Part shown: in pieces, positions 30,044-38,867 of the stretch
Layout of the letters: the number at the start of each line of letters is the position of its first letter
How positions within the stretch are numbered: position 1 is the stretch's first letter
Source: a virus
Lineage: Duplodnaviria > Caudoviricetes
Reading direction: 5' to 3' (one strand)
DNA: 64,000 nucleotides
IMG/VR virus record: IMGVR_UViG_3300020191_000008
Span: 14,341-78,340 of that record
The notes under the pieces: generated by a model
What the model was told of the DNA's origin: nothing
Seen by the model: only the letters and a program-made list of their open reading frames with translations
Databases searched by the model: none
Made by a program: the position numbers and the translations under genes

Positions 30044-31069
30044 ATGGCATTTACAAAAATTCAACCTCAACAACTTCAATTACCTACTTTTTTGAGTAAT
30101 AGTGGGGATATTACGTTTACTGACAATGTGACTGGAGTAGATGCGAATATAAGTAGGAGTTTAGATGGCGATTTTGAAATCAATGGTACATTGACTATTT
30201 CTAGTAATGAGGTTATTACAACGTCTAATAGTAATACCACGTCTTCTTCTAATATTATTTTAGGTGGGACAAACAACAGTATTACTGGAACAAATAATGT
30301 TTTGCTAAATGGAACAGCTAATACTTCATTCTCTGGCAATTATAATGTTTTAATAAATGGTTCTTTAAATGACTTTGGCGCTAGTGGACAAAACAATACT
30401 ATTCTTGCTGGTAGACAGTGTTCTTTCGATGATCAAATCACTGGTTCTGTAATTCTTGCGGACCACAAAACTATAGAAACCAATGACAAAAATCATTCTT
30501 TATTAGTTTCTTTCGACAGCGGAATTGAATTTAAATCTGTAAATAGTGGCGTTGTATTTTCTGATGATGCAATTTTTAATGATCTTGTTGAGTTTAATGA
30601 TACTGTTAATCTCAATTCAAGTTTGAATGTTGGCGATGTCGCAACTTTTTCTGGATCAACTACTATTGAGAATTCTTTAGATGTCACTGGGAATTCAACA
30701 GTAGGAAACTTAAATGCAACTGGAAATTTAGGGGTTACTGGAACTGCTGAATTTGGTGGAACTGTTGATATAGATAATACCCTTACCCTTCAAGATAACT
30801 CAGAAGCAGCATCGCAGACTTGGGTTAACGAAACGGGAGTTAGATTAAAAATCTCTCACGAAAGTCATGCCGCCTTACCAACATACTTAAATACAGCTTA
30901 CTCTAATTCGTTTGGAACAAATTCTTCAAATATATTGAACTCTGGACAGCCTGTAACTGGGTTTTTATTAGTTGATACTGTCGCGAACCCAGACGAAGCG
31001 AAATTAGTTTTTGTTACAGATTCTTTTACTGGAGCATTAGATTTTACACAATTTCAATATATTTCTTAA
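30044..31069 (+). CDS. Fibre/spike-like virion protein, isolated on the + strand
   Basis: GGxxNxI-type repeats and VILAD...HSLLVSFDSGI motif shared with 58459-59682. Confidence 0.55.
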   Translation: MAFTKIQPQQLQLPTFLSNSGDITFTDNVTGVDANISRSLDGDFEINGTLTISSNEVITTSNSNTTSSSNIILGGTNNSITGTNNVLLNGTANTSFSGNYNVLINGSLNDFGASGQNNTILAGRQCSFDDQITGSVILADHKTIETNDKNHSLLVSFDSGIEFKSVNSGVVFSDDAIFNDLVEFNDTVNLNSSLNVGDVATFSGSTTIENSLDVTGNSTVGNLNATGNLGVTGTAEFGGTVDIDNTLTLQDNSEAASQTWVNETGVRLKISHESHAALPTYLNTAYSNSFGTNSSNILNSGQPVTGFLLVDTVANPDEAKLVFVTDSFTGALDFTQFQYIS

Positions 31070-31449
31070 TCTAAATCTATCTTTATCTTTGATGTTTCGA
31101 TAGTCTTTTTTCTATCTGAGATGTGTTTTTTACCAACTTTCTTCTCGTAGTCGTTAAAGGCTTGTCTTTTAACTGGATCTTCTCCACCATTAGATTCTGC
31201 TCTTTTCGATGAAAGTTCTGCTGAGTAGTCTAAAACATCTCCAACCGTACCCTTCATTTTACCAGTCTTTTCTACAAATTGATTATGATTCCATGCGTCT
31301 TCTTTTGTGTCTATTGAAGCGTGGGGGATCGTGAAAACCCTTTTCCATTCTAAACCAAACTCATCAATATAAATATGCTCTTCGTTCATTGTTTGAACGA
31401 TCTCTTTATATTCTTCTGTATTTGGGTTTTTGAATATGTAGATTGGCAT
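31066..31449 (-). CDS. FmdB-like small protein (Cys-less)
   Basis: MPIYIFKNP...WKRVFT N-terminus follows the FmdB zinc-ribbon pattern but lacks cysteines. Confidence 0.5.
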   Translation of the reverse strand: MPIYIFKNPNTEEYKEIVQTMNEEHIYIDEFGLEWKRVFTIPHASIDTKEDAWNHNQFVEKTGKMKGTVGDVLDYSAELSSKRAESNGGEDPVKRQAFNDYEKKVGKKHISDRKKTIETSKIKIDLD

Positions 31450-31450
31450 T

Positions 31451-32533
31451 TTAGTATATTTTCTCTAGGATTTTTTCAATGGTCTTTTTGTAAGTAAACT
31501 GTTCTTGCAGTTTTAATCCTTCTGTATTTTTGGATTTGGCCATTTGAACAGATTTATCCATAGCACTACTGATTTCTTGACCGTTTAAACGGTAGTATTG
31601 TCCTTGATTGAATTGACCTCCCTCTCTGAAGAACAAGTTATCATAACAAGGTTGCTTTCCAATAGGATCTAATAGTATAGCATTATCTTTGTTTGCCCAG
31701 TCTTTATGGGAGGTACAATTACTTACAATAGACCATTTTCCTAGTGCTGTAGCATTGAACGATGGAAGATTCCAACCTTCTCCATTTGACAAACCAGAAA
31801 GGTCAATATCAATGGCGTTGATAACTTCATTTACCTCGCTGTTTGTTTTGAGTCGAGGCAAAAAGTTTACGTTTGAGTATTTTTGATTGTTCATTGATTG
31901 AGCAATCAGTTGGTTCATTTTATCTTGTTTAAGAAATGGATTTCCAACCAAGCAAGTAAGTTGATACCTTGGGTTGTTACCAAATTTATTGCACCAAAGT
32001 TGTATAAGAGCTTGAGTGTTTTTCCTACGCTCCATTTTGCCAATCAATCCGAAATGTATGACATCTTCCCCTAAGTATTCTTTCCCTGTCTCGTGAAAAT
32101 CTGGGTCAAATCCCAATGGTACATAGGATACATTATCACAGCCTTTTTGTTTGAATATATCGGCTGCTTCAGAGCAAGAGAAGAAAACATGATTCTGAGC
32201 TTTCACAATCGCAATCTCCTCGTCTGTTGGCGAGTCAACTTCGTAAAAAGTGTATAGGAACTGGTTGTCTCCAATTTTCTTTTCTGAACCATTGATATGC
32301 CAAACCTTCAGTGTGGGAGTTGATCTCTCTAATTTTTTTAAATTATTTAAAGATTTATCTTCAAGATACTTTGTATACTCATCAGGAAGACGATCAAAAG
32401 CAGACAAGTCAACCTTGCTTAGTGGGAAAATATTTAAATCAATATCTTTCTCTTTTAATTCTCTTAGAAAGTTTAAAGACACATTTCCTAAACTTAAAGA
32501 GTTAAACGGTGCGTCGAAATTTAGTTTATGCAT
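31451..32533 (-). CDS. GT4-family glycosyltransferase
   Basis: VPLGFD, FGLIGKMERRKN, SNGEGWNLPSFNATALGK motifs. Confidence 0.8.
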   Translation of the reverse strand: MHKLNFDAPFNSLSLGNVSLNFLRELKEKDIDLNIFPLSKVDLSAFDRLPDEYTKYLEDKSLNNLKKLERSTPTLKVWHINGSEKKIGDNQFLYTFYEVDSPTDEEIAIVKAQNHVFFSCSEAADIFKQKGCDNVSYVPLGFDPDFHETGKEYLGEDVIHFGLIGKMERRKNTQALIQLWCNKFGNNPRYQLTCLVGNPFLKQDKMNQLIAQSMNNQKYSNVNFLPRLKTNSEVNEVINAIDIDLSGLSNGEGWNLPSFNATALGKWSIVSNCTSHKDWANKDNAILLDPIGKQPCYDNLFFREGGQFNQGQYYRLNGQEISSAMDKSVQMAKSKNTEGLKLQEQFTYKKTIEKILEKIY

Positions 32534-33113
32534 TTTTTTTAATTTGCTTTTTAAATTCTTCTAATGTTTTGTCGTGTATGTTTATACATCCTTGAGCAGA
32601 GATGCCTATCTTGTCTCCAATATTCTTCCAAGTTTCTAACTTACCTCTCTCTCCAGCAAAGTATCTTTCTTTAAAAATAATTTTAACTCTTTCGTCTTTG
32701 TGGCCATTTATTAAGTTAATAATTTCAGAAAAACTTTCTTTAATTTCACAGCTCTCATCTGGATGAAGATCTTTTGATTCTTCAGCGTAATCAATAGATT
32801 CAAAAGACAAAATTTTTCTGCTATTTTTCTTAGCTGTTTTTCTACTCAAGCAAAGATATTTAGCTTTATTCCCAACATGAGTCGAGAACTTGGCTTTTTT
32901 TTCGTCATAGTCTAATGCTGCCTTGTATATAATATAATCTTTGTCATCGATAATGTCAGCAATATCATCAGGAGGAAGAGATTTGGAAGCATATCTTCTA
33001 ACCATGTCAATATAAATACCAGAGTGCCGATCTATAAGCAAACCTAATGCCTCCTCATTATCATCTTCTTTAATTAGTTCTGTTAACTCTGGGTCGCTAG
33101 CCTGATAATCCAT
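32526..33113 (-). CDS. Phage RNA polymerase sigma factor (sigma70 family, regions 2 and 4)
   Basis: EALGLLIDRH...IYKAALDYDEKKAKFSTHV (region 2) and IFKERYF...TWKNIGDKIGISAQGCINI (region 4 HTH). Confidence 0.78.
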   Translation of the reverse strand: MDYQASDPELTELIKEDDNEEALGLLIDRHSGIYIDMVRRYASKSLPPDDIADIIDDKDYIIYKAALDYDEKKAKFSTHVGNKAKYLCLSRKTAKKNSRKILSFESIDYAEESKDLHPDESCEIKESFSEIINLINGHKDERVKIIFKERYFAGERGKLETWKNIGDKIGISAQGCINIHDKTLEEFKKQIKKNA

Positions 33114-33168
33114 TCTTGATAAAGCTATACTCTAAGAAAATTAAGAAATTTCAAGTAAATTTTTTTTG

Positions 33169-33196
33169 TTGACAGATTTTTTTTACTCCGTATAAT
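33169..33196 (+). promoter_or_regulatory. Consensus sigma70 promoter
   Basis: TTGACA-16 nt-TATAAT, perfect hexamers. Confidence 0.8.
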
Positions 33197-33218
33197 AACG
33201 TAACGGAGTCAACGAAGG

Positions 33219-33338
33219 TAAGGGTACGTAACCTAACTTCGCTGTTAGGATACGTAACCTTACGTAAGGATACGTACCTTTACTGCGCTGTAAGGGTACG
33301 TATCCTTATTAATACTCTCTTCGTTCGTATTAATAAGG
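33219..33338. repeat. Nested palindromic array: four 18-bp quasi-palindromes in two hairpin units plus a third inverted repeat
   Basis: TAAGGGTACGTAACCTAA-CTTCGCTG-TTAGGATACGTAACCTTA-CG-TAAGGATACGTACCTTTA-CTGCGCTG-TAAGGGTACGTATCCTTA, then CCTTATTAATAC-11 nt-GTATTAATAAGG. Confidence 0.92.
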
Positions 33339-33386
33339 AGGCTTTGCCAACTTTTTTCATTTTTATCTTGCCCATTTCGTCAGGTT

Positions 33387-33392
33387 GTGTAA
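33387..33392 (+). promoter_or_regulatory. GTGTAA putative late-promoter motif (nrdB)
   Basis: 11 nt before ATG 33404. Confidence 0.45.
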
Positions 33393-33403
33393 ATAGATGA
33401 GAC

Positions 33404-34375
33404 ATGATTTTTGAAGAGCAAGTATCACGCAAGCCTGACCACTATTCTTGGGCAGGGGAATTCATCGAAGCAATGCATAATGGTTTTTGGACCGACAAAG
33501 AGTTTAGTTTTGCTTCTGATATTCAAGACTTCAACGTGTCTCTTTGTGAAAGAGATAAGGAGATAATTGTGAGAACACTCTCTGCTATTGGGCAAATCGA
33601 AGTAGCAGTGAAAAAGTTTTGGAGTAAGTTGGGCGACAATTTGCCACACCCTTCTTTAAGTGATTTAGGCTTTGTTATGGCGAACGTAGAAGTTATTCAC
33701 AACAATGCTTATGAGCGGTTGCTTGAGGTTCTAGGATTGGAGGAGGTGTTTGAAGAAAACTTGAAGCTCGACTTTATTGAGGGGCGAGTAAACTATTTGC
33801 GTAAATATACCCACAAGTTTTATAAGAATAACAAAAAGCAGTATGTTTATGCACTTATCTTATTTACCCTTTTTGTGGAGAACGTTTCTTTGTTTTCGCA
33901 ATTCTATGTAATCAATTGGTTCGCTCGTAATAAGAATGTTCTTAAGGATACTGATCAGCAAGTGAAGTATACTCGTAATGAGGAAAATCTACATGCTATG
34001 GTTGGAATGAAGATCATCAACACTATTCGTGAAGAGCATCCTGAGTTCTTTGATGAAGAGTTGGAAGAGCGTATTCTTGATGAGGCCCAACAAGCTTTCA
34101 AGGCAGAAAGCAAAATTGTTGATTGGATGATTAATGGAATTCGTGAGAAGGGTCTGAACGCTATCGTTCTTAAAGAGTTCATTAAAAACAGAATCAATGA
34201 TTCTTTGGACAAAATCGGCTTCAAACAAGCTTTTGATGTTGACAAAAACCTGCTTAAAGACACAATCTGGTTTGAAGAGGAGTTGCTTGGCAATAATGCC
34301 ACAGACTTCTTTTATGCTCGACCCGTCGAGTATTCAAAAAATTCCCAGACGTTCAACGCAGACGACTTGTTCTAA
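33404..34375 (+). CDS. nrdB: Ribonucleotide reductase beta subunit (class I, class Id-like ligands)
   Basis: QIEVAVKKFW, EVIHNNAY, FVENVSLFSQF, RNEENLH dimetal motifs. Confidence 0.93.
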   Translation: MIFEEQVSRKPDHYSWAGEFIEAMHNGFWTDKEFSFASDIQDFNVSLCERDKEIIVRTLSAIGQIEVAVKKFWSKLGDNLPHPSLSDLGFVMANVEVIHNNAYERLLEVLGLEEVFEENLKLDFIEGRVNYLRKYTHKFYKNNKKQYVYALILFTLFVENVSLFSQFYVINWFARNKNVLKDTDQQVKYTRNEENLHAMVGMKIINTIREEHPEFFDEELEERILDEAQQAFKAESKIVDWMINGIREKGLNAIVLKEFIKNRINDSLDKIGFKQAFDVDKNLLKDTIWFEEELLGNNATDFFYARPVEYSKNSQTFNADDLF

Positions 34376-36022
34376 ATGACAGATTACTATTGGTTAAATG
34401 AGGACTCAAGGCTATTCCTTGAGAGAGGATATCTTAAAGGCGCAGAAACTCCAGAACAGAGGATTCGTGACATCGCAGATACTGCTGAACAGTATCTCAG
34501 TATGGACGGTTTCGCTGACAAATTTGTGAGTTATATGAAGCAAGGGTTCTATTCCCTAGCTTCTCCTGTGTGGTCTAATTTTGGGCGTGAACGAGGTTTA
34601 CCCATTTCTTGTAATGGAGTTTACGTCCCAGATAGAATGGATGGTATTTTAGCCAAACAATCAGAGGTTGGAATGCAGACTAAACATGGTTCTGGCACTT
34701 CAGCTTATTTTGGAGATCTTAGAGAAAGAGGTGCTCCAATTAATTCTGGAGGTGAATCTTCTGGTTCAGTGCATTTTATGGAGTTATTTGATAAAGTGGC
34801 CTCCGTAGTTTCACAAGGAAATGTTCGTCGAGGTTCTTTTGCTGCATATCTTCCTATTGAGCATCCTGACATCAAAGAGTTTCTTCGCATCAAGAGTGAG
34901 GGCAATGCAATCCAAGAAATGTCTTTCGCAGTCACTGTTACTGACGAATGGATGGAGAGCATGGTTAATGGTGACCCAGATAAACGTCAAATTTGGGCAT
35001 CTGTTATTAAGAAGCGATTTGAAACAGGATATCCATATATCTTCTTCCAAGATACGGCTAACAAAAATGCCCCTGATTGTTACAAGGATCAAGGGATGAA
35101 AATTTACGCTTCCAACCTTTGTAATGAAATCTCCTTACCTTCTAAGGAAGATGAGTCTTTTGTTTGCTGCTTGTCATCTCTAAACCTTGTCAGGTGGGAA
35201 GACATAGAAAAAACGGATGCCATTGAGACTCTAGTGATGTTCCTTGATGCCGTTATGGAGGAATATATTGTAAAAACTAAAAACATTCCGTTCATGGAAT
35301 CTTCTCATAACTTTGCCAAGCGTCACAGGGCTTTGGGTATGGGTGTGCTGGGTTGGCACTCTTACCTTCAAAGCAAAATGATTGGTTTTGAAAGTATGGA
35401 GGCTAAAATGCAGAATAGTTCAATTTGGAAGACTATCCGTAGTCGGGCAGACAAAGCTACAGCAGAATTAGCAACTGGTTTAGGTGAACCTCTCTATTGC
35501 GAAGGCTACGGTCGTAGAAACACTACAACTTTAGCTATTGCACCAACTACAAGCAGCTCCTTTATTTTGGGACAAGTATCTCCATCTATTGAGCCTCTTA
35601 ATTGCAACTATTTTACAAAAGATCTCGCTAAAGGTAAGTTTACTTTTAGAAATCCATATCTCAAAACTGTTTTAGCTGAAAAAGGCAAGGATGATGACGA
35701 TGTTTGGATGAGTATCCTAGAAAGAGGCGGATCAGTACAACATCTTACTTTCTTGTCTGAGGAAGAAAAAGAAGTCTTTAAGACTTTCGGAGAGATTTCT
35801 CAAAAAGAAATTGTCATACAAGCTACTCAAAGACAAAAGTATATTGATCAAGGGCAGTCTCTAAATATCATGGTAGCTCCAAAGGCTCCTGCAAAAGAGG
35901 TTAATCAATTATTGATTTATGGCTGGCAGAATGGAATCAAAGGATTTTACTACCAGAGAAGTGCTAATCCTAGCCAAGAATTAGCAAGATCTATGATGGA
36001 ATGTAAATCTTGTGAAGGATGA
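34376..36022 (+). CDS. nrdA: Ribonucleotide reductase alpha subunit, without ATP cone
   Basis: PISCNG, SNLCNEI, VCCLSSLNL, APTTSSS, FYYQR and C-terminal CKSCEG. Confidence 0.95.
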   Translation: MTDYYWLNEDSRLFLERGYLKGAETPEQRIRDIADTAEQYLSMDGFADKFVSYMKQGFYSLASPVWSNFGRERGLPISCNGVYVPDRMDGILAKQSEVGMQTKHGSGTSAYFGDLRERGAPINSGGESSGSVHFMELFDKVASVVSQGNVRRGSFAAYLPIEHPDIKEFLRIKSEGNAIQEMSFAVTVTDEWMESMVNGDPDKRQIWASVIKKRFETGYPYIFFQDTANKNAPDCYKDQGMKIYASNLCNEISLPSKEDESFVCCLSSLNLVRWEDIEKTDAIETLVMFLDAVMEEYIVKTKNIPFMESSHNFAKRHRALGMGVLGWHSYLQSKMIGFESMEAKMQNSSIWKTIRSRADKATAELATGLGEPLYCEGYGRRNTTTLAIAPTTSSSFILGQVSPSIEPLNCNYFTKDLAKGKFTFRNPYLKTVLAEKGKDDDDVWMSILERGGSVQHLTFLSEEEKEVFKTFGEISQKEIVIQATQRQKYIDQGQSLNIMVAPKAPAKEVNQLLIYGWQNGIKGFYYQRSANPSQELARSMMECKSCEG

Positions 36023-36043
36023 ATTTCCCCAAGGTTTGGTTTT

Positions 36044-36049
36044 GTGTAT
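36044..36049 (+). promoter_or_regulatory. GTGTAT putative late-promoter motif
   Basis: 11 nt before ATG 36061. Confidence 0.45.
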
Positions 36050-36060
36050 ATACATGCACT

Positions 36061-36162
36061 ATGACCGAACCAGAAATTAATTTTACAGACGAGGTAGAAC
36101 TCGACGAAACAATAGCATTTATACTTGATCGCATCGACGAAGCACAATTCGAAGAAGATTGA
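36061..36162 (+). CDS. 33-aa highly acidic micro-protein (not in ORF track)
   Basis: MTEPEINFTDEVELDETIAFILDRIDEAQFEED*. Fills the gap after nrdA and is preceded by the late motif. Confidence 0.6.
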   Translation: MTEPEINFTDEVELDETIAFILDRIDEAQFEED

Positions 36163-36241
36163 TTTAGTATATTTGCATTGTCTGAGAATTTCCAGTACCC
36201 AAGTCGGGGCTAGAAAAACAAAAACTAACTAAAATAGTAGT

Positions 36242-36664
36242 ATGACAATGATGATAAACAAAATGATGGCTCCTTTCGTTTTCGAAGGAGATATATTTAA
36301 GCGCATGAATCAAATTTTCGAAGAGAATCGTGCTAATCCATATCGTGGCTCAGAGCCTTACGATATTTATAAGAAAGACGACTCTTTTGTTGTTGAATTT
36401 GCGCTTGTTGGTCTAGACTCAGAAGACATTAGTGTCTCTGTTTCTGGCCAGACGTTAAAAATTGAAGCAGAATCTAAGCAAAATGACGAGGTTTCTGAAT
36501 TCTACCACAAAAAAATATCTCGACGCTCCGTCAAGAAGCACTTCACATTGCACGAGAGTATCGACAAAGACTCCATTGAGGCTGAATACAAGAATGGCCT
36601 ATTGAGAGTCAAATTACCTCTTGAAAAAGAGGAAAAAAAAGATATAATGATCAAAGTTAAGTAA
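36242..36664 (+). CDS. Small heat-shock protein (Hsp20/alpha-crystallin)
   Basis: PYDIYKKDDSFVVEFALVG...LKIEAE...IEAEYKNGLLRVKLP. Confidence 0.92.
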   Translation: MTMMINKMMAPFVFEGDIFKRMNQIFEENRANPYRGSEPYDIYKKDDSFVVEFALVGLDSEDISVSVSGQTLKIEAESKQNDEVSEFYHKKISRRSVKKHFTLHESIDKDSIEAEYKNGLLRVKLPLEKEEKKDIMIKVK

Positions 36665-36686
36665 AGCTTTGAGGTGACTTATATCG

Positions 36687-36724
36687 CTCCTTCTGGGTTT
36701 TGCTTGCCCAGAAGGAGTTTTTTT
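36687..36724 (+). terminator. Rho-independent terminator after hsp20
   Basis: CTCCTTCTGGG-9 nt-CCCAGAAGGAG followed by T7. Confidence 0.85.
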
Positions 36725-37387
36725 ATGTTACAAGGATTAGAAAGAGATTTAGGTATATTTAAAAAGTATTATAATTTGCTAACCAAGATTGATCAAAGAT
36801 TTATAAAAAATCTTATTAACGAAACCAATAAAATTGATGGATGGTTATGCAATTATCAAATTCCGCTAATGTGGTCTATTTTTTCGACTCTTCAGGGAAA
36901 AGCTGTTGAAGTTGGATGTTGGAAGGGGAGAGCTACATTTGCTTTCAAAGCAGAAATTCCAAAAGATCAATTTGAATTATTTTGTATAGATCCATTTTTG
37001 GGATCAACAGAACATAAAGAAGATTTGCAAGGAAAGTCAACAAGAATGGACTTTGAGGAAAATTTAAAAAGCAGAGGAATATTGGATTCCATAAACATCC
37101 TTGAAGAATACTCAAAAGATGCTGCGGAAAATTTTGAAGATAATTCTTTAGATTTAGTATTTATTGACGCAGAGCATGATTATGAGAATGTAAAATTAGA
37201 TATATTATCATGGGCTCCAAAATTAAAATCAGGTGGAATTATTTGTGGTCATGATTACCCAGAACCCAATAAAAAAAATGCAGGTTTTGAAGGATTAGCT
37301 CAAGCTGTAAACGAAGAGGTGAGAGATAGTGATGATTTTAATGAGTTTTCGTATCTTTGGGGTATCTGGGGAGCTTACAAGAAGTAG
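36725..37387 (+). CDS. Class I SAM-dependent methyltransferase (Methyltransf_24-like)
   Basis: VEVGCWKGRAT, IDPF, LDLVFIDAEHDYENVKLDI...GGIICGHDY. Start moved to ATG 36725, after the terminator. Confidence 0.85.
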   Translation: MLQGLERDLGIFKKYYNLLTKIDQRFIKNLINETNKIDGWLCNYQIPLMWSIFSTLQGKAVEVGCWKGRATFAFKAEIPKDQFELFCIDPFLGSTEHKEDLQGKSTRMDFEENLKSRGILDSINILEEYSKDAAENFEDNSLDLVFIDAEHDYENVKLDILSWAPKLKSGGIICGHDYPEPNKKNAGFEGLAQAVNEEVRDSDDFNEFSYLWGIWGAYKK

Positions 37388-37390
37388 TTT

Positions 37391-38125
37391 ATGAAATTTT
37401 CTAATCTCAGCTTATGTTTAGTTGTGGCCAATTCAGACGACTGCTTAGAAAGATTTTTCAAATGGAGTTTGTCAAGATTTGAAGAAATCATAATTGTTAA
37501 GTCAGACTCGGAAGATCAAACAGATCACATCTTGGATAAATACGAGAAGTCTCATGGAAGTCAAATACAAGTTCACTACAAAAAAATAAAAAATATTGCA
37601 GATCAAAAGCAATACTGCTTAGATCTATCCAAAAAAAACTGGAGGCTTATTGTAGATGCAGATGAAATTTTTGAAGAAATTGATTTTAATTTTTTAATTT
37701 CAAGGTTAGAGGAGCAAGGGATTGATGCTGTTTGCTTTCCAAGATATAATCTGCAAGTTGATGAGCAGCATTTTCAACCAGAAGGATACCCAGATCTTCA
37801 AATTAGGCTTTTTAAATCAAACGTATCTTTTTCACTTGACCCAATTCATGAAACTCACCACTCTATGATTGGATATAAAAAGATAGGAGCATTAAGCGAT
37901 ACTCACATCATTCATTGGGGTCATATTAGGAGCAAAGAGCAGAACTTGTGGAAAAGTAATATGAGGAGAAAGTATGCTAATACAGATTTGTGCGATGGAG
38001 AAGGATTAAAGCAGACAGAAAATTGGTTCTACGAGAGAAACAAAATTCTTGGACTTGACGACAATACTACTCCATTACCAGAAAAAGTAAAAAATTACGT
38101 CAACCGTTTTAGTAAGAAAAAATGA
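37391..38125 (+). CDS. GT2-family glycosyltransferase
   Basis: WRLIVDADE (DxD), YPDLQIRLF, HWGH motifs. Confidence 0.8.
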   Translation: MKFSNLSLCLVVANSDDCLERFFKWSLSRFEEIIIVKSDSEDQTDHILDKYEKSHGSQIQVHYKKIKNIADQKQYCLDLSKKNWRLIVDADEIFEEIDFNFLISRLEEQGIDAVCFPRYNLQVDEQHFQPEGYPDLQIRLFKSNVSFSLDPIHETHHSMIGYKKIGALSDTHIIHWGHIRSKEQNLWKSNMRRKYANTDLCDGEGLKQTENWFYERNKILGLDDNTTPLPEKVKNYVNRFSKKK

Positions 38126-38865
38126 AAAATATAGGAATAGTAACTCCTAATTACTTAGGCATTGGGGATAAAGTTCAGTTTGCTAGTATTCCAGAAAATT
38201 TTTATAAAAATTATGGTGAAAAATTAATAGACCTTTCTAACTGTTGGGTTTATGATCATAACCCATATATTCTAAGAAATTCAGAACCGAAGAATACTGT
38301 ATCTTTCTGGAACCAACCTTATAAGTATGATAATTATTTGAATAGATTTGATTATTTAAATTCTTTACTAAAGATTGAAAAAATGTTTTGCAGAACTCCT
38401 AGATTATACAAGCATGAAGATCCTAGCAATGTAATTCATAATAAAGTCTGCATCCACGCTCAAGGCAAGAGCAGTGGTCACACTCTTTCAAAAGAAATTA
38501 TAGAGAAGATAAAAGAGCGTTATAGTCAATACGATATTTACCAAATTGGCGGTCAACAAGATATTGATTGTGGAGTAATTGATTGCAGAGGATCTGGCAT
38601 GTGGGAAATGGTTGAGCATATTGCCACCTCTGCTGTTTTCATAGGAGTTAATAGTGGGCCTATGAATATTGCCACCTGCTACCCTCATATTAATAAAAAA
38701 ATAATTATTAATCTAAATTCTGGTGAATTTACCCAAGAACAAGTTGAAAATTTTCATCCATTATCAATTAAACATCATTTGTTTGCTTGGATTGATTATG
38801 GTTGGCAGTATTATAATGATACTAGTATTGATATTGGCTGCACATATTCTTACAATAAAATATAA
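38122..38865 (+). CDS. GT9-like glycosyltransferase
   Basis: GIGDKVQ...DHNPYI and YQIGG...AVFIGVNSGPMNIA. Confidence 0.7.
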   Translation: MKNIGIVTPNYLGIGDKVQFASIPENFYKNYGEKLIDLSNCWVYDHNPYILRNSEPKNTVSFWNQPYKYDNYLNRFDYLNSLLKIEKMFCRTPRLYKHEDPSNVIHNKVCIHAQGKSSGHTLSKEIIEKIKERYSQYDIYQIGGQQDIDCGVIDCRGSGMWEMVEHIATSAVFIGVNSGPMNIATCYPHINKKIIINLNSGEFTQEQVENFHPLSIKHHLFAWIDYGWQYYNDTSIDIGCTYSYNKI

Positions 38866-38867
38866 AA

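Noticed and set aside
33219-33308. Repeat array as a mini-CRISPR
   Set aside because: Units are 18-bp palindromes in alternating orientation separated by 8- and 2-nt linkers. There are no spacer-length unique sequences and no cas operon.
33197-33403. NrdR box or cobalamin riboswitch upstream of nrdBA
   Set aside because: No acaCwAtATaTwGtgt-like box and no recognisable B12-element motifs were seen.
33404-34375. Class Ic (Mn/Fe) RNR beta
   Set aside because: The first ligand is Glu, but the radical-site Tyr is retained (EVIHNNAY); class Ic has Phe there.
36163-36241. CIRCE or ROSE heat-shock element before hsp20
   Set aside because: No TTAGCACTC-N9-GAGTGCTAA and no convincing thermometer hairpin; only a very short CCC/GGG stem.
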